From: an uncultured Candidatus Actinomarinales bacterium
Lineage (GTDB): Bacteria > Actinomycetota > Acidimicrobiia > Actinomarinales > Actinomarinaceae
Reading direction: 5' to 3'
Assembly: GCA_963979435.1 (NCBI GenBank)
Contig: CAXBVE010000002.1
Location: 11,138 to 75,137 of the forward strand
Length of the DNA: 64,000 nucleotides
Notes under the pieces: generated by a model
What the model was told of the DNA's origin: nothing
Databases searched by the model: none
The model's input: only the letters and a program-made list of their open reading frames with translations
Position numbers and translations under genes: made by a program
Shown here: positions 48,648-62,315 of the stretch, one piece after another
Layout of the letters: the number at the start of each line of letters is the position of its first letter
Numbering within the stretch: the stretch's first letter is position 1

Positions 48648-51600
48648 ATGGAAAAAGTATTTGATGAATTAAGTATCAGCCTCGCTACTTCTGACCAAAT
48701 GAGAAGTTGGTCATTTGGTGAAGTTAAAAAACCAGAGACTATTAATTACAGAACTTTGAAACCTGAAAAAGATGGCCTTTTTGATGAAAGAATCTTCGGA
48801 CCAACAAAAGATTGGGAATGTTCTTGTGGAAGATACAAGAGAATTCGTTACAGAGGAATTGTCTGTGAAAGATGTGGCGTAGAAGTTACAAGGCGAGAAG
48901 TTAGACGTGAAAGAATGGGTCACATTGAACTAGCGGCCCCAGTGACTCATATTTGGTACTTCAAAGGCGTTCCAAGTAGGTTGGGTTACTTCCTAGATAT
49001 GTCTCCTAAAGAACTCGAAAAAATTATTTACTTTGCAGCATATCTAGTCGTTTCTATCGATGAAAAAAAACGAACTAAAGATTTAAGTGAGCTCGAAGAA
49101 GCAGTTGTTGCTGAATGTGAGATCGTAGATGAAGATCATCAAGAATGGGAATCAAAAAGAATTAAGCAAATGAAGCTTGAGATTAAGGCTATGGAAAATG
49201 GAAAAGTCCCAGAAGCTGAAGTCCAAGAGCGAAAGAAAGATATTGAAAAAGAGATTAAAGGCAAAAAGAAAAAATCTGATGATGAAATCGAAGTAATCAA
49301 GAATGCTTTCTCAAGATTAAAAACTCTCAAACCAAAGGACATTATTGAAGACGACACCTTGTGGCGTGAAATGATCGATAAGTATGATGAATATTTCACT
49401 GGTGGTATGGGTGCTGAAGCTGTAAGAGAATTAGTTAAACTAGTTGACTTAAAAGCTGAGATGGAAAAATTAAAATCGGACTTAGATTCCAAATCTGCAC
49501 AAAGAAGACAACGAGCAATTCAAAGAATGAAAGTTATCAAGCCATTTGCTGATGGAAAAAATCCACCTGAAGCAATGATATTGGAGATAGTTCCAGTAAT
49601 TCCTCCAGAATTGAGACCTATGGTACAACTTGATGGTGGTCGTTTTGCTACTTCAGATTTAAATGATTTATACAGAAGATTAATTAACAGAAATAACAGG
49701 TTAAAAAAATTAATTGAACTTGGAGCACCAGACATAATAATTAGTAACGAAAAAAGAATGTTACAAGAATCGGTAGATGCACTTTTTGACAATGGTAGAA
49801 GAGGAAGAGCTGTTGCAGGTGCTGGTGGTCGTGGACTTAAGTCTTTATCAGACATGTTAAAAGGTAAGCAAGGAAGATTCCGTCAAAACCTTTTAGGTAA
49901 GAGAGTTGACTATTCTGCTCGTTCAGTAATTGTTGTAGGACCACATTTGCAACTTCAGCAATGCGGACTACCCAAAATGATGGCTTTAGAACTTTTTAAA
50001 CCATTCGTTATGAAAAGACTTGTTGAATTAGGTTTAGCGCAAAATATTAAATCAGCTAAAAGAATGGTTGAGAGATCAAGAGCCCAAGTATGGGATGTAT
50101 TAGCTGAGGTTATAGAAGAACATCCAGTCCTTTTAAACAGAGCACCTACTTTACACAGATTAGGTATACAGGCATTTGAGCCAATTTTAGTAGAAGGTAA
50201 AGCTATTCAAGTTCATCCATTAGTTTGTGAAGCTTTTAATGCTGACTTTGACGGTGATCAAATGGCAGTACATGTTCCATTATCTGCAGAGGCTCAGGCT
50301 GAAGCAAGAGTATTGATGCTTGCGACAAACAATGTATTATCACCTGCAAGTGGAAACCCAATTGTTTCACCCAGCCAGGACATGGTTATTGGTCTCTATT
50401 ACATAACTGAGTGCTATGAAAAACTTGAAGATGCAAAGATGGCATTTGTTGACATTAATGAAGCAGAACAAGCATATGAAGCAGGACATATTGGTCTTCA
50501 AACTCCAATTAGATTAAGAGTTGGAGAAATTGCTGGTGATGCGACAATGCACGGAGAAATTAAAAATAGATTTGCTGATTTAATTACTGAAAGTCCAGTA
50601 GATGGTTCAGCATTATTGAATACAACTCTTGGAAGAGTTTACTTCAACGAAGTACTTCCAAAAGACTTTCCATTCATACAAGCTAAAGTTCGTAAAAATG
50701 AAATGAAGAGAATTATATCTGAAGTTATTGAAAGATATAACAAAGCAGAGTTAAGAGAATTCTTAGATGCAATGAAAGATGTTGGATTTAAATACGGAGC
50801 CAAAGCTGGTTTGAGTGTAGCTATGACAGATGTAAAAACACCACCAGAAAAAAGTACAATCCTAGAGAAGCACGAGAGTGATGCTGAGAGAGTGGAAAAT
50901 CAATTCAACAGTGGCGTAATTACAGAAGATGAAAGAAAAAAAGCCATAATTGAGATTTGGACAAAAGCTACAGATGAGATTCAGCATGCAATGAGTCGTG
51001 CTTTAGAAGCGGATGAATTTAATCCTGTCGATATGATGGTTAAATCTGGAGCAAGAGGAAATATGATGCAGGTAAGACAGCTTGCAGGTATGAGAGGTTT
51101 GGTTGCCAACCCCAAAGGTGACATTATAGAAAGACCTATTAAGAGTAACTTCAGAGAAGGAATGTCAGTTCTCGAATACTTCATATCTACTCACGGTGCA
51201 AGAAAAGGTCTCGCTGATACAGCCCTAAGAACTGCTGATTCAGGTTACCTCACAAGAAGACTTGTAGATGTTGCTGCTGGTATTGTAGTAAAAGATCAAG
51301 GTGATGAAAATATTGACTGGAGAGGTACTAAAAAAACAGTTATTGAATCGGATGGCAAAGTTAGTAGATACTTACATTCAAAACTTTATGGAAGAGTACT
51401 AGCTGAAGATATTAAAAAAGACAAAAAAGTAGTTGAATTTGGAGATTCCCAAAAACTATCAAAAGGTACATATATTGATGCTGAAGTTTTAGATGCAATA
51501 TCTAAATGCGGTATTGAAAGTGTAAATATTTTATCACCATTTAACTCACAAGATCCTGAAACAATGGACCCTCTGTGTTATGGATTTAGTTTAGCTACCG

Positions 51601-52571
51601 GTAAGCCAGTTGAAGTTGGAGAGGCTGTAGGAATTATTTCTGCACAGTCTATTGGAGAACCTGGAACACAGCTTACAATGAGAACTTTCCACACTGGGGG
51701 AGTTGTAGGGTTAGATATTACGTCAGGTCTACCTAGAATTGTTGAGTTATTTGAGGCAAGAAATCCTAAAGGTAAATCAGTTATGTCAGCAATAAATGGA
51801 AAAATTAAATCTATAGATACTACACCTGAGGGCACAAGAGTAGTGACTATCCAAAATGAAAAAGAAGATATTGAAGTAGAAGTACTTAGAAGGCAAACTT
51901 TAGTAGTTAATCAAGGAGATACCGTTGAAGCAGGAGATGCTTTAACAACTGGACCAAAAGCACCTAAGGAAGTTCTAGAAATTAATGGTGTGCGTGCGAC
52001 CCAAGAGTATCTAGTTGACGAAGTACAAAAAACTTATCGTGATCAGGGAGTTGAAGTTCACGACAAGCACGTTGAAATGATAGTTCGACAAATGTTAAGA
52101 AGAGTAAGAATTGTTAGTGCTAATGATTCTGATTATTTACCAAACGAACTAGTTGATTCAACATTATTTAGAAAGACTAATCAAGCATTAGTCAAAGAAG
52201 GAAAAACACCTGCTGAAGGAAGACCAGAGCTTATGGGTATCACCAAAGCTAGCCTTGCAACGGACTCATGGTTATCAGCGGCATCTTTCCAAGAAACTAC
52301 AAGAGTACTAACAGAAGCAGCAATGAAGAAAAGCACTGATGCTCTGTCGGGTCTTAAAGAGAATGTGATTATCGGAACACTTATTCCTGCGGGAACTGGT
52401 TCTGAAGCTTATCAAAAGCTCACACCTTCACTTCCAGATGCTCCTGAAGTTTCATCATTAGGATTCATGGAAGCATCATCAGATTCGGAAGAAACTGAAG
52501 GAGATGCATTGCCAAATCCTGCACAATGGCTAGCTATGCTAGGCGAAGAAGGAGAAGAAGAAACAGAGTAA
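48648..52571 (+). CDS. rpoC: DNA-directed RNA polymerase subunit beta'
   Basis: 1307 aa; zinc finger [20 protein letters not shown], catalytic [12 protein letters not shown]. Confidence 0.97.
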   Translation: MEKVFDELSISLATSDQMRSWSFGEVKKPETINYRTLKPEKDGLFDERIFGPTKDWECSCGRYKRIRYRGIVCERCGVEVTRREVRRERMGHIELAAPVTHIWYFKGVPSRLGYFLDMSPKELEKIIYFAAYLVVSIDEKKRTKDLSELEEAVVAECEIVDEDHQEWESKRIKQMKLEIKAMENGKVPEAEVQERKKDIEKEIKGKKKKSDDEIEVIKNAFSRLKTLKPKDIIEDDTLWREMIDKYDEYFTGGMGAEAVRELVKLVDLKAEMEKLKSDLDSKSAQRRQRAIQRMKVIKPFADGKNPPEAMILEIVPVIPPELRPMVQLDGGRFATSDLNDLYRRLINRNNRLKKLIELGAPDIIISNEKRMLQESVDALFDNGRRGRAVAGAGGRGLKSLSDMLKGKQGRFRQNLLGKRVDYSARSVIVVGPHLQLQQCGLPKMMALELFKPFVMKRLVELGLAQNIKSAKRMVERSRAQVWDVLAEVIEEHPVLLNRAPTLHRLGIQAFEPILVEGKAIQVHPLVCEAFNADFDGDQMAVHVPLSAEAQAEARVLMLATNNVLSPASGNPIVSPSQDMVIGLYYITECYEKLEDAKMAFVDINEAEQAYEAGHIGLQTPIRLRVGEIAGDATMHGEIKNRFADLITESPVDGSALLNTTLGRVYFNEVLPKDFPFIQAKVRKNEMKRIISEVIERYNKAELREFLDAMKDVGFKYGAKAGLSVAMTDVKTPPEKSTILEKHESDAERVENQFNSGVITEDERKKAIIEIWTKATDEIQHAMSRALEADEFNPVDMMVKSGARGNMMQVRQLAGMRGLVANPKGDIIERPIKSNFREGMSVLEYFISTHGARKGLADTALRTADSGYLTRRLVDVAAGIVVKDQGDENIDWRGTKKTVIESDGKVSRYLHSKLYGRVLAEDIKKDKKVVEFGDSQKLSKGTYIDAEVLDAISKCGIESVNILSPFNSQDPETMDPLCYGFSLATGKPVEVGEAVGIISAQSIGEPGTQLTMRTFHTGGVVGLDITSGLPRIVELFEARNPKGKSVMSAINGKIKSIDTTPEGTRVVTIQNEKEDIEVEVLRRQTLVVNQGDTVEAGDALTTGPKAPKEVLEINGVRATQEYLVDEVQKTYRDQGVEVHDKHVEMIVRQMLRRVRIVSANDSDYLPNELVDSTLFRKTNQALVKEGKTPAEGRPELMGITKASLATDSWLSAASFQETTRVLTEAAMKKSTDALSGLKENVIIGTLIPAGTGSEAYQKLTPSLPDAPEVSSLGFMEASSDSEETEGDALPNPAQWLAMLGEEGEEETE

Positions 52572-52661
52572 AAACTTATAAATTTTTGGTTGTTGTAAGT
52601 TCAAAACTCTCATATACTTCTTTCTCGGTAAGTCAATAACACTATTTAGATTGGAAAATTA

Positions 52662-53030
52662 ATGCCTACTACGCAACAGTTAGTCAGAAAAGGACGCAAG
52701 TCTAAAGTGTCTAAAGAAAAGACACCTGGCCTAAAAGGTTCACCTCAACGAAGAGGGGTTTGTACTCGTGTGTATACAGTTACACCTAAGAAACCAAACT
52801 CTGCTTTAAGAAAAGTGTGTAGGGTTAGATTATCTACTGGTACAGAAGTTACAGCCTACATACCTGGTGAAGGACATAACCTTCAAGAGCATTCAATTGT
52901 ATTGGTAAGAGGTGGTAGAGTTAAAGACCTTCCTGGTGTGAGGTATAAAGTCATAAGAGGAGCATTAGACACTTCCGGTGTAGCTGACAGAAAACAAGCT
53001 AGATCAAGATATGGAAGTAAAAAAGGTTAA
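52662..53030 (+). CDS. rpsL: 30S ribosomal protein S12
   Basis: …[11 protein letters not shown]…. Confidence 0.97.
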   Translation: MPTTQQLVRKGRKSKVSKEKTPGLKGSPQRRGVCTRVYTVTPKKPNSALRKVCRVRLSTGTEVTAYIPGEGHNLQEHSIVLVRGGRVKDLPGVRYKVIRGALDTSGVADRKQARSRYGSKKG

Positions 53031-53032
53031 TC

Positions 53033-53500
53033 ATGAGAAGAGGACCATCACTTAAACGTAAACCAGAACCTGACCCTTTATTCAACAGTGTTTTGGTATC
53101 TCAACTCACAAATCAAATTTTATTAGATGGAAGAAAAGATACAGCTAGGAACATTGTTTACAGTGCTCTTGAGTTAGTTGAAAAACAAGTCGGTGGAGAC
53201 CCACTAGCGGTATTAAAAGAAGCTTTTGAAAATGTAAAACCCCAAGTTGAAACAAAATCAAGACGAGTTGGTGGAACTAACTATCAGGTACCAATGGAGG
53301 TCCCACATAGAAGAAGTACAACACTGGCAATCAGGTGGATGGTTGCAGCCTCAAGAAAAAGAGGAGAAAAAACAATGGCTGAACGTTTAGGCAGAGAAAT
53401 TCTTGATGCAAGTAAAAATACAGGAGCATCCGTCAAGAAAAGGGAAGATGTTCACAAAATGGCCGAATCAAACAGAGCTTTCGCTCACTATAGGTGGTAA
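53033..53500 (+). CDS. rpsG: 30S ribosomal protein S7
   Basis: 155 aa S7; follows rpsL. Confidence 0.95.
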   Translation: MRRGPSLKRKPEPDPLFNSVLVSQLTNQILLDGRKDTARNIVYSALELVEKQVGGDPLAVLKEAFENVKPQVETKSRRVGGTNYQVPMEVPHRRSTTLAIRWMVAASRKRGEKTMAERLGREILDASKNTGASVKKREDVHKMAESNRAFAHYRW

Positions 53501-55593
53501 AGATGTCAGAGAGAGCAATAGATTTAAAACAACTAAGAAACATTGGAATAATGGCTCATATTGATGCAGGAAAAACAACTCTTACCGAAAGAGTCTTGTA
53601 CTACACCGGTAAAACATACAAAATTGGTGAAGTTCATGACGGAGCTGCAGTTATGGACTGGATGGAGCAAGAGCAGGAAAGAGGTATTACAATCACCTCG
53701 GCTGCAACCACATGTGTGTGGGAAGGTCACACAATTAATATTATTGACACACCAGGTCACGTTGACTTCACAGTAGAGGTAGAAAGATCACTTAGAGTTT
53801 TAGATGGAGCAGTCGCTGTATTTGATGGAGTAGCTGGAGTAGAGCCTCAATCTGAAACAGTATGGAGACAAGCAGACAAATACAACGTTCCAAGAATTTG
53901 CTTTGTTAATAAACTAGATAGAACAGGTGCAGATTTTGATTTTGACGTACAATCAATCGTTGAAAGACTTGAAGCTAAACCAGCAGTTTTACATATACCT
54001 ATAGGAGCTGAAGAAAACTTTGTTGGTGTAATAGATTTAGTAGAAATGAAATCACATACTTGGTCAAAAGATGATGGATCCGAGTGGGATATAAGTGATA
54101 TAGCTGAAGACATGCTTGCTGAGGCAAATGAAAAAAGACAAGAATTATTAGATGTTATTGCTGAGGCAGATGATGATGTTCTTGAAAAATATTTAGGTGA
54201 GGAAGAACTAACAGTAGAAGAAATTAAGAAAGCGATTAGAAAAGGTACACTTGGAGGTCTTTTTGTGCCAGTTCTTGCGGGAAGTGCATTTAAAAATAAA
54301 GGCGTACAGTTACTTCTTAATGCTGTAATAGACTATCTTCCATCTCCTCTGGACATTGAACCTACAACCGGATTTAAACCTGGAGATGAAGAGAATGAAA
54401 TTGTTAGAGAACATTCTGATGAAGAACCATTTTCTGCTCTTGCTTTTAAGGTTGTGAGTGACCCTCATGTTGGAAAATTAACATACTTTAGAGTTTATTC
54501 AGGGACACTTAAAAAAGGTGACAAAGTTGTAAATACGACTACTGGCAAAGATGAAAGACTTGGAAGAATTTTAAGAATGCATTCAAATAGTAGAGAAGAT
54601 ATTGATGCAATTTCCACTGGAGACATTGTCGCAGGGGTGGGACTTAAAAATGCTAAAACAGGAGATACACTTGCTGACTCTTCAAATCCAATACAGTTAG
54701 AGTCTATGACATTCCCAGAACCAGTAATCTCTGTTGCAATCGAACCAAAATCTAGAGCAGATGAAGAAAAACTTTCTGAGGGATTACAAAAACTAGCAGA
54801 GGAAGACCCTACATTTGTAGTCCAGTCTGATGAAGAAACTGGTCAAACAATCATTTCAGGAATGGGTGAATTACATCTAGACATTCTTGTAGATAGATTA
54901 AAAAGAGAATTTAGAGTAGAAGCTAACATTGGCAAGCCACAAGTAGCATATCGTGAGGCTCTTAAAAAAGAAGTAAAGATAGAAGCAAAATATATTCGCC
55001 AAAGTGGTGGTAAAGGTCAGTATGGCCACGTAGTTATGGAACTTGAGCCAATAAAAGAAGGTTACGAATTTGTAGACTTAATTAAAAGTGGAAGAATCCC
55101 ACGAGAATATATACCATCTGTAAATGCTGGGGTTGAAGCAGCAATGGAATCCGGAGTTTTAGCTGGTTATCCACTTGAAAACATTAAGGCAACATTAGTT
55201 GATGGAAGCTACCATGATGTTGACTCTTCGGAAATGGCATTTAAAATTGCTGGATCGATGGCGCTAAAAGATGGTGCTAAAAAAGCTGGAATTAAACTAC
55301 TTGAACCAGTTATGGAAGTAGAAGTTGTAACACCAGAAGATTTTATGGGAGATGTTGTCGGAGATCTATCCTCAAGAAGAGGAAAGATTGCTGAGATGGG
55401 ACAAAGAGGATCTGCAAAGGTCATCAATGCTACTGTTCCACTATCAGAGATGTTTGGGTACGCAACTGATTTGCGTTCAAGAACTCAAGGCCGTGCAACA
55501 TTTACGATGCAGTTTGATAGTTATGAAGACGTCCCCGACGCAATAACTAAGGAGATAACTGCGAGTATTCGTGGAGTAGAGGTTGAAGTCTAA
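53494..55593 (+). CDS. fusA: Elongation factor G
   Basis: [10 protein letters not shown]-domain and EF-G domains II-V; 699 aa. Confidence 0.97.
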   Translation: MVKMSERAIDLKQLRNIGIMAHIDAGKTTLTERVLYYTGKTYKIGEVHDGAAVMDWMEQEQERGITITSAATTCVWEGHTINIIDTPGHVDFTVEVERSLRVLDGAVAVFDGVAGVEPQSETVWRQADKYNVPRICFVNKLDRTGADFDFDVQSIVERLEAKPAVLHIPIGAEENFVGVIDLVEMKSHTWSKDDGSEWDISDIAEDMLAEANEKRQELLDVIAEADDDVLEKYLGEEELTVEEIKKAIRKGTLGGLFVPVLAGSAFKNKGVQLLLNAVIDYLPSPLDIEPTTGFKPGDEENEIVREHSDEEPFSALAFKVVSDPHVGKLTYFRVYSGTLKKGDKVVNTTTGKDERLGRILRMHSNSREDIDAISTGDIVAGVGLKNAKTGDTLADSSNPIQLESMTFPEPVISVAIEPKSRADEEKLSEGLQKLAEEDPTFVVQSDEETGQTIISGMGELHLDILVDRLKREFRVEANIGKPQVAYREALKKEVKIEAKYIRQSGGKGQYGHVVMELEPIKEGYEFVDLIKSGRIPREYIPSVNAGVEAAMESGVLAGYPLENIKATLVDGSYHDVDSSEMAFKIAGSMALKDGAKKAGIKLLEPVMEVEVVTPEDFMGDVVGDLSSRRGKIAEMGQRGSAKVINATVPLSEMFGYATDLRSRTQGRATFTMQFDSYEDVPDAITKEITASIRGVEVEV

Positions 55594-55618
55594 GCTTGTT
55601 TTCAAGCTAAGGTTTTTT
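55593..55618 (+). terminator. Hairpin plus U-tract between fusA and tuf (partial terminator/attenuator)
   Basis: AGCTTG-TTTT-CAAGCT followed by AAGGTTTTTT, immediately after the fusA stop. Confidence 0.45.
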
Positions 55619-55634
55619 AAAAAAGGAGAAAAAT

Positions 55635-56819
55635 ATGTCAAAGGAAAAATTTGACCGCAGCAAGCCTCATGTGAACATCGGTACAATGGGCCACATTGAC
55701 CATGGTAAAACCACATTGACGGCCGCAATAACAAAAGTTTTAGCTGAAGCCGGTAATGGTGATGCGACAGCTTTTGAAGATATAGATAAAGCCCCTGAAG
55801 AGAGGGAAAGAGGAATCACAATTCAGATTGCTCACGTAGAGTATGAGACTGAGAATAGACATTATGCTCACGTGGACATGCCTGGTCACGCTGACTATGT
55901 AAAAAATATGATTACAGGTGCAGCACAAGTTGATGGTGCAATATTAGTTGTATCAGCAGCTGATGGTCCAATGCCTCAGACAAGAGAACATGTTCTCTTG
56001 GCGAGACAAGTTGGAGTACCAGCAATAGCAGTATTCCTTAATAAAGTTGATCAAGTTGATGACGAGGAACTTCTTGACTTAGTTGAAATGGAAGTAAGAG
56101 AACTTCTTTCAGCATATGATTTTCCTGGAGACGATGTTCCAGTAGTCAGAGGTTCAGCATTAGCAGCACTTGAGGGTGATGAAGCCGGTATAAAAGCCGT
56201 CTTAGATATGATGGAACAAGTTGATAATTATATCGAGGAACCAACAAGAATCGTAGATAAACCATTCTTAATGCCTGTAGAGGACGTATTCTCTATTACA
56301 GGTCGAGGTACAGTTGTTACTGGAAGAATCGAACAAGGAATCGTTAATGTAAACGAAGAAGTTGAAATTATTGGTATTAGAGATACTCAAAAATCAGTAT
56401 GTACTGGTGTTGAAATGTTCAGAAAACTACTTGATGAAGGTAGAGCTGGAGACAATGTTGGTCTACTTTTAAGAGGTATCGATAAAGAAGATGTTGAAAG
56501 AGGACAGGTTATCGCAAAACCAGGTTCAATTACACCTCATACAAAATTTGAGGGTGAAGTATACGTCTTGACAAAAGAAGAAGGTGGACGTCACAATCCA
56601 TTTTTCAAAGGATACAGACCGCAGTTCTATTTTAGAACTACTGATGTAACCGGTGAAGTTAGTCTCCCAGAGGGTACCGAAATGGTAATGCCGGGTGACA
56701 ACGTCTCCGTAACAGTTGAGCTAATCTCCCCAATTGCGATGGAAGAAGGAGTGAAGTTTGCTATCCGTGAAGGTGGCAGAACTGTAGGAGCAGGACAAGT
56801 AACAAAAGTTATAGAGTAA
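55635..56819 (+). CDS. tuf: Elongation factor Tu
   Basis: [21 protein letters not shown] GTPase motifs; 394 aa. Confidence 0.97.
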   Translation: MSKEKFDRSKPHVNIGTMGHIDHGKTTLTAAITKVLAEAGNGDATAFEDIDKAPEERERGITIQIAHVEYETENRHYAHVDMPGHADYVKNMITGAAQVDGAILVVSAADGPMPQTREHVLLARQVGVPAIAVFLNKVDQVDDEELLDLVEMEVRELLSAYDFPGDDVPVVRGSALAALEGDEAGIKAVLDMMEQVDNYIEEPTRIVDKPFLMPVEDVFSITGRGTVVTGRIEQGIVNVNEEVEIIGIRDTQKSVCTGVEMFRKLLDEGRAGDNVGLLLRGIDKEDVERGQVIAKPGSITPHTKFEGEVYVLTKEEGGRHNPFFKGYRPQFYFRTTDVTGEVSLPEGTEMVMPGDNVSVTVELISPIAMEEGVKFAIREGGRTVGAGQVTKVIE

Positions 56820-56829
56820 TAAAAATCAA

Positions 56830-56862
56830 CCGGGGGTAGACTACTTGCTCCCGGTTTTTTTT
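56830..56862 (+). terminator. Rho-independent terminator after tuf
   Basis: CCGGGGG-tagactacttg-CTCCCGG followed by T8. Confidence 0.7.
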
Positions 56863-56871
56863 GAGGAAGAA

Positions 56872-57186
56872 ATGGCAAAGCAACAACAGCAAATAAGAAT
56901 AAAATTGAAGGCTTACGACAACTATGTTGTTGATGAGTCTGCGCGTAAAATTGCCGAAACTGTTATCAAGACTCAAGCGAAAGTAAAGGGTCCAATTCCT
57001 CTACCTACTCAAATACATAGATATTGTGTAATAAGATCACCACATGTTTATAAAAAATCAAGAGAGCATTTTGAAATGAGGATTCACAAGAGACTTATTG
57101 ACATTATTGAACCTACTCCAAAAACTGTAGATTCATTAATGAGACTTGATTTACCAGCCGGTGTAGAAGTAGAGATTAAGTTATGA
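56872..57186 (+). CDS. rpsJ: 30S ribosomal protein S10
   Basis: Start moved to the ATG ([16 protein letters not shown]…) downstream of the tuf terminator, with a GAGGAAG Shine-Dalgarno. Confidence 0.93.
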   Translation: MAKQQQQIRIKLKAYDNYVVDESARKIAETVIKTQAKVKGPIPLPTQIHRYCVIRSPHVYKKSREHFEMRIHKRLIDIIEPTPKTVDSLMRLDLPAGVEVEIKL

Positions 57187-57812
57187 AAACATTAATCGCT
57201 AAAAAAGTGGGAATGACTCAAATATTTGATGAAGAGTCAAATGCAAAAGGTGTAACAGTATTAGACATTTCAGGATGTCGAGTAGTACAGATTAAGTCAG
57301 CTGAAAAAGATGGTTACTCTGCAGCCCAGCTAACAATAGGGTCTAACAAAAAAGCCAACAGACCAACTAAACAACATTACGACAAATACAAAGTTGAACC
57401 AGGAGAATGTCTTTATGAGGTTCCTCTTGATGAAGATTCTGAAATTAAATCTGGAACAGAATTAAATGTAAGCGAGTATTTTGAAGTAGGTCAAAAAATT
57501 GACATAACAGGATTTTCAAAAGGCCATGGTTTTACCGGTGTAATGAAACGTCACAACTTTTCCGGACAAAAAGCTAGTCATGGTGTTCACAAGGTACATA
57601 GAGCAGGGGGTTCAATAGGTAATGCCTCATATCCAGGACATGTTTTCAAAGGTCAAAAAATGGCTGGTAGAATGGGTAACCAAAAAAAGACAATCCAATC
57701 TGTAACAATTGTTGAAATCAATGCAGAAAAAAACTACATTTTAGTTAATGGACCCGTTCCCGGTAAAAAAGGAAATATAGTCCAAATTCAGTCAGCAGTT
57801 AAGGTTTCATAA
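57183..57812 (+). CDS. rplC: 50S ribosomal protein L3
   Basis: S10 operon order; 209 aa. Confidence 0.95.
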   Translation: MKTLIAKKVGMTQIFDEESNAKGVTVLDISGCRVVQIKSAEKDGYSAAQLTIGSNKKANRPTKQHYDKYKVEPGECLYEVPLDEDSEIKSGTELNVSEYFEVGQKIDITGFSKGHGFTGVMKRHNFSGQKASHGVHKVHRAGGSIGNASYPGHVFKGQKMAGRMGNQKKTIQSVTIVEINAEKNYILVNGPVPGKKGNIVQIQSAVKVS

Positions 57813-58435
57813 TGAGCATCAAACTAGACACTTACAATACTGCTGATAACAAAGTCACTAAGAGTCAATTCAATTTTGAAGTAATTGAGGATATCAATAT
57901 TGGACTGTTGCATCAAGTCGTAAAATCAAATAGAACAAATTATAGAAATAACACAGCTTCTGTAAAAACAAGATCACAAGTTTCAGGAACAGGTGCAAAA
58001 CCTTGGGCACAAAAAGGCACAGGTAAAGCAAGACAGGGTTCTTTACGTTCACCACAGTTTGTAGGTGGCGGTATTGCACATGGTCCAGGTGGAAGAGTGT
58101 ATCTTGATAGAACTCCAAAAAAAATGAAAAAGAAATCATTAAATATGGCAATTTCTCAAAGGATAAAAGAAGAAGCCTTATTTGTAATTGATGGTCAGTC
58201 AGTAGACGTACCATCTACAAAGTTAGCTTCTACTGTATTAAGTGAGTTTAATATTGAACGGTCATTCATATTTGTTTATGGCGAAGGTGATGACAATTTA
58301 ATTAAATCATTTAGGAATCTAAAAAACTCAAGAATAGTTTCTGTAAAAAAACTTTCTACTTATGACGTCGTCTCAACAGACAATGCAGTTTTATCGAAAA
58401 ACGCAATGGATTACTTAACAGGAGAAGTTAAATGA
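57812..58435 (+). CDS. rplD: 50S ribosomal protein L4
   Basis: S10 operon order; 207 aa. Confidence 0.95.
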   Translation: MSIKLDTYNTADNKVTKSQFNFEVIEDINIGLLHQVVKSNRTNYRNNTASVKTRSQVSGTGAKPWAQKGTGKARQGSLRSPQFVGGGIAHGPGGRVYLDRTPKKMKKKSLNMAISQRIKEEALFVIDGQSVDVPSTKLASTVLSEFNIERSFIFVYGEGDDNLIKSFRNLKNSRIVSVKKLSTYDVVSTDNAVLSKNAMDYLTGEVK

Positions 58436-58719
58436 AGTATTTAGAAGATGTACTAATTTCCCCTGTAATATCTGAAAAGTCATATGACAGAATTTCAGAT
58501 TCTAATGCCTACACTTTTTTTGTTCATTCAGATGCTAATAAGCCTGAGATAAAAAGAGCTGCTCAAGAGCTATTTGATGTCGAAGTATTATCAGTTAATA
58601 CAATGTATAGAAAAGGCAAGAAAAAAAGATTTGGTTATATCTTAGGTCAACAAAGCACAAAAAAGATTGCAATAATCACTCTCCAAGAGGGAGACACTAT
58701 TGAGGCATTCGGGGTATAG
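58432..58719 (+). CDS. rplW: 50S ribosomal protein L23
   Basis: 95 aa, operon order. Confidence 0.95.
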   Translation: MKYLEDVLISPVISEKSYDRISDSNAYTFFVHSDANKPEIKRAAQELFDVEVLSVNTMYRKGKKKRFGYILGQQSTKKIAIITLQEGDTIEAFGV

Positions 58720-58722
58720 GTT

Positions 58723-59556
58723 ATGGGGCAAAAAAAAATAAGACCAGTAACACCTGGAATGAGGGGACAAGTATCTGGAGACTTTAAAGAAATTACAAAA
58801 AGCAAACCAGAAAAGTCCTTACTTCAATCTAAAAATTCATCCGGTGGCAGAAATAACAAAGGTAGAATTACCTCAAGACACCGTGGTGGGGGACACAAAA
58901 GAAAATACAGAATTATAGATTTCAAGCGAACAAAAGATAATATACCTGCAAAAGTAGCAGCGATAGAATATGATCCAAATAGAAATGCTCGCATAGCTCT
59001 TCTTCACTATGTTGATGGAGAAAAAGCATACATTATTGCACCAGACGGAATTATTCCTGGAGCAGAAATAATTTCAGGCCCAAAAGCTGATATAAAAGAT
59101 GGTAATTGTCTTCCACTTAGAAATATTCCAGCAGGAACATTTGTTCATAATGTTGAGCTACGACCTGCAGGTGGAGCAAAAATGGCAAGATCAGCGGGTT
59201 CATCTGTACAGCTTATGAGCAAAGAGGGAGGATTAGCACTTTTAAGACTTCCTTCTGGTGAAATGAGAACTGTCTCCATGGATTGCAGGGCAACAATTGG
59301 AACCGTAGGTAATGCTGAAGCAGAATTAACAAAACTTGGAAAAGCAGGACGTAAAAGATGGAAGGGTGTTAGACCCCAAACTCGTGGTGTTGCAATGAAC
59401 CCAGTTGACCACCCACTCGGTGGTGGAGAAGGTAAATCATCTGGAGGTAGAACTCCTGTAAGCCCTTGGGGTAAGCCAGAAAAAAAGACTAGAAATAAAA
59501 AGAAATATAGTAACAAATCAATTATTAGAGGACGATCCCAAAAGGGTAGAGGTTAA
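58723..59556 (+). CDS. rplB: 50S ribosomal protein L2
   Basis: 277 aa; …HPLGGGEGK…. Confidence 0.97.
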   Translation: MGQKKIRPVTPGMRGQVSGDFKEITKSKPEKSLLQSKNSSGGRNNKGRITSRHRGGGHKRKYRIIDFKRTKDNIPAKVAAIEYDPNRNARIALLHYVDGEKAYIIAPDGIIPGAEIISGPKADIKDGNCLPLRNIPAGTFVHNVELRPAGGAKMARSAGSSVQLMSKEGGLALLRLPSGEMRTVSMDCRATIGTVGNAEAELTKLGKAGRKRWKGVRPQTRGVAMNPVDHPLGGGEGKSSGGRTPVSPWGKPEKKTRNKKKYSNKSIIRGRSQKGRG

Positions 59557-59558
59557 TT

Positions 59559-59822
59559 ATGTCAAGAAGTTTGAGAAAAGGGCCATTTGTCGACGATCAT
59601 TTACTTTCAAAAGTAGAGGACGCAAAAAATAGTGGCAACAAAACAGTAATCAAGACTTGGAGTAGAAGGTCAACAGTAGTTCCTGAAATGGTTGGATTGA
59701 CAATAGCAGTTCATAATGGAAGACAACACCTTCCAATATTTATTACTGAGGCAATGGTTGGTCATAAACTTGGAGAATTTTCTCCAACGCGAACTTTCAA
59801 AGGACATCCGGGACAGAACTAA
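59559..59822 (+). CDS. rpsS: 30S ribosomal protein S19
   Basis: 87 aa, [12 protein letters not shown]…. Confidence 0.95.
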   Translation: MSRSLRKGPFVDDHLLSKVEDAKNSGNKTVIKTWSRRSTVVPEMVGLTIAVHNGRQHLPIFITEAMVGHKLGEFSPTRTFKGHPGQN

Positions 59823-60169
59823 TGGAAAAACAAACAGTTACAGCAAAAAGTAAATACATTAGACAATCTCCATACAAAGTGAGATTAGTTTTGAATCTCA
59901 TAAGAGGGTTAAATGTCAATGAAGCACTTAATATATTGACTTTTACAAAAAGAAAAGCTGCTACCGATATTAAACAGCTCCTAGAGAGCGCGATCGCCAA
60001 TGCTGAAAACAATTTTGGTATGTCATCCGCAAACCTTGAGATCACAAAAGCTATTGCAGATGAGGGACCAACATTAAAAAGATTTAGACCTAGAGCTAGA
60101 GGAAGTGCTGGAAGAATTAATAAAAGAACTTCCCACATATTAATTGAATTAGAAAGCGTAGAGGGATAA
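59822..60169 (+). CDS. rplV: 50S ribosomal protein L22
   Basis: 115 aa, operon order. Confidence 0.95.
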   Translation: MEKQTVTAKSKYIRQSPYKVRLVLNLIRGLNVNEALNILTFTKRKAATDIKQLLESAIANAENNFGMSSANLEITKAIADEGPTLKRFRPRARGSAGRINKRTSHILIELESVEG

Positions 60170-60171
60170 CA

Positions 60172-61062
60172 ATGGGTCAAAAAACACATCCATATGCATT
60201 TAGGATTGGAATCGTTAATGATTGGAAGTCTAGATGGTTTAGCGACAAAGATTATACAAAACTAGTAAACCAAGATTATAGAATTCGAGAATTTTTAACA
60301 GCAGAGCTTTTAAAAGGTGCTCTTTCAAGAATTGATATTGAAAGAACAAGAGATAAAGTTCAAGTAGACATTCATACTGCACGCCCAGGAGTTGTTATTG
60401 GTAGAAAAGGTGCCGAAGCAGATCGTTTAAGAAAGGGCCTTGAAGAGCTTACAAACCAACCAGTAAAACTTAACATTATTGAAGTCAGAGAAGCAGAACT
60501 GGATGCACAACTTTTAGCACGAGCTGTAGCTGATCAGTTAGAAAATAGAGTTGCTTTTAGACGAGCTATGAAAAGAGCTGTAGGTTCCGCATTAAAAGCA
60601 GGAGCAGAGGGAGTTAGAGTTGAATGTTCTGGTCGTTTAGGTGGAGCAGAAATGGGTAGAAGAGAGTGGTACAGAGAAGGAAGAGTTCCTCTACACACCC
60701 TTCGAGCAGATATAGATTTTGGTAGAGCAGCAGCTCATACAACAGTTGGTGCAATAGGTGTAAAAGTATGGGTTTATAAAGGTGATGTAGTGGCAACAAA
60801 TAAATTACATCAAGAAAAAATTGCTGCCGAAGCTTCTTTAGCAAGTGGAGGTCCAGCAAGTGGAAGAGTTAAATCTGTAAAATCAAGAGTCGAAGCTGCG
60901 GTAGGAGAAGCAAAAGAGTCAAGAATCCTTGAAGCAGGAGGCGGTAAAAAAGCTGGAGAACAAACTTCTAAGATAGTGGAAGCAGGAGGCGGTAAAAAAA
61001 TAACTCCCGTAAAAGCACAGGAACAATTTGAAGAAGAAAAATCAATATTGGAAGAAGAATAA
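60172..61062 (+). CDS. rpsC: 30S ribosomal protein S3 with C-terminal low-complexity extension
   Basis: KH and S3-C domains; 296 aa; C-terminal tail contains a duplicated EAGGGKK unit. Confidence 0.95.
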   Translation: MGQKTHPYAFRIGIVNDWKSRWFSDKDYTKLVNQDYRIREFLTAELLKGALSRIDIERTRDKVQVDIHTARPGVVIGRKGAEADRLRKGLEELTNQPVKLNIIEVREAELDAQLLARAVADQLENRVAFRRAMKRAVGSALKAGAEGVRVECSGRLGGAEMGRREWYREGRVPLHTLRADIDFGRAAAHTTVGAIGVKVWVYKGDVVATNKLHQEKIAAEASLASGGPASGRVKSVKSRVEAAVGEAKESRILEAGGGKKAGEQTSKIVEAGGGKKITPVKAQEQFEEEKSILEEE

Positions 61063-61065
61063 TTT

Positions 61066-61476
61066 ATGTTAATGCCTAAAAAAACAAAATATAGAAAATC
61101 CCATAGAGGGAGAAGAAAAGGCATGTCCAAAGGTGGAACTGAAGTTCATTTTGGAGACTTTGGTTTACAAGCAATAGAAACTTCTTACATCACCGGACGT
61201 CAAATTGAAGCTGCAAGAATAACAATTACACGTACTATGCAAAGAAAAGGTAAAGTCTGGATAAATATTTTTCCTCATAAGCCTATAACAACAAAACCTG
61301 CAGAAGTAAGAATGGGTTCTGGAAAAGGAGCTGTCGAATACTATGTAGCTGTTGTTAAGCCTGGCAGAATAATGTTTGAAATCTCTGGTGTTTCTGAGGA
61401 AGTTGCAAGAGAAGCTTTTAGAAAAGCAGGACATAAACTACCAATAAATACAAAATTTGTTATGAGGCACACATGA
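61066..61476 (+). CDS. rplP: 50S ribosomal protein L16
   Basis: 136 aa, [11 protein letters not shown]…. Confidence 0.95.
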   Translation: MLMPKKTKYRKSHRGRRKGMSKGGTEVHFGDFGLQAIETSYITGRQIEAARITITRTMQRKGKVWINIFPHKPITTKPAEVRMGSGKGAVEYYVAVVKPGRIMFEISGVSEEVAREAFRKAGHKLPINTKFVMRHT

Positions 61477-61691
61477 GTATAAATGACCTAAGAGAACTGT
61501 CTATCTCGGAGCTTGAGACTAAAGTATCTGAATTAAAGAAAGAACTTATGGAATCAAGATTCTCTTTAGCAACAAGTCAGATTGAGGACACTTCCATATT
61601 TAAAAAAATTAAAAAACAAATTGCACAAGCAAATACAGTTTTAAACCAAAAAAAAAGAGAAGATATGATGAAAGCTGATAATAATGAGTGA
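61473..61691 (+). CDS. rpmC: 50S ribosomal protein L29
   Basis: 72 aa, operon order. Confidence 0.9.
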   Translation: MSINDLRELSISELETKVSELKKELMESRFSLATSQIEDTSIFKKIKKQIAQANTVLNQKKREDMMKADNNE

Positions 61692-61950
61692 CCAAATAGA
61701 AAGATCGTCAAGAAAAGTTAAAACTGGTGTAGTTGTCTCAGACAAAAGACAAAATACAGTTACGGTAGCGATTGAGCTACAGTATCCTCATCCAAAATAT
61801 GGAAAGATTGTTAAAAAAACTAGAAAGCTTCATGTTCATGATGAAAGTTTTGAAGCAAAAATGGGCGACACAGTGAAAATTATGGAGACAAAGCCAATTT
61901 CTAAGACCAAAAGGTGGAGAGTCACTGAAGTAATTGAGAGGGCAAGATGA
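61684..61950 (+). CDS. rpsQ: 30S ribosomal protein S17
   Basis: 88 aa, operon order. Confidence 0.92.
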   Translation: MSDQIERSSRKVKTGVVVSDKRQNTVTVAIELQYPHPKYGKIVKKTRKLHVHDESFEAKMGDTVKIMETKPISKTKRWRVTEVIERAR

Positions 61951-62315
61951 TACAAAAAGAATCTCGTCTTAAGGTTGCTGATAACTCTGGTGCAAAAGAA
62001 GTGTTATGTATCAAAGTAAAAGGTAGCTCAAGAATTAGATATGCAGGTCTAGGGGATGTTTTCACGGCTACTGTCAAAGATGCAATTCCTGGTGGGCAAA
62101 TAAAAAAAGGGGATATCGTCGAAGCCGTAGTTGTCAGGACAAGTAAAGAGACAAGAAGAAAAGATGGTACTTATATAAGGTTTGATGAAAATGCTTGCGT
62201 GATTATTAACGAACAAGAACAGCCAAGGGGTACAAGAATTTTTGGACCAGTCGGTAGAGAGTTAAGAGAGAAAAAGTTTATGAGAATAGTATCGCTGGCA
62301 CCGGAGGTTATCTAA
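61947..62315 (+). CDS. rplN: 50S ribosomal protein L14
   Basis: 122 aa, [17 protein letters not shown]…. Confidence 0.95.
   Translation: MIQKESRLKVADNSGAKEVLCIKVKGSSRIRYAGLGDVFTATVKDAIPGGQIKKGDIVEAVVVRTSKETRRKDGTYIRFDENACVIINEQEQPRGTRIFGPVGRELREKKFMRIVSLAPEVI

Noticed and set aside
45223-52571. Numerous 60-117-aa antisense ORFs inside rpoB/rpoC (e.g. 49139-49492, 49520-49855)
   Set aside because: All lie within well-supported essential genes; Ser/Ile/Phe-rich and lacking start context. Spurious.
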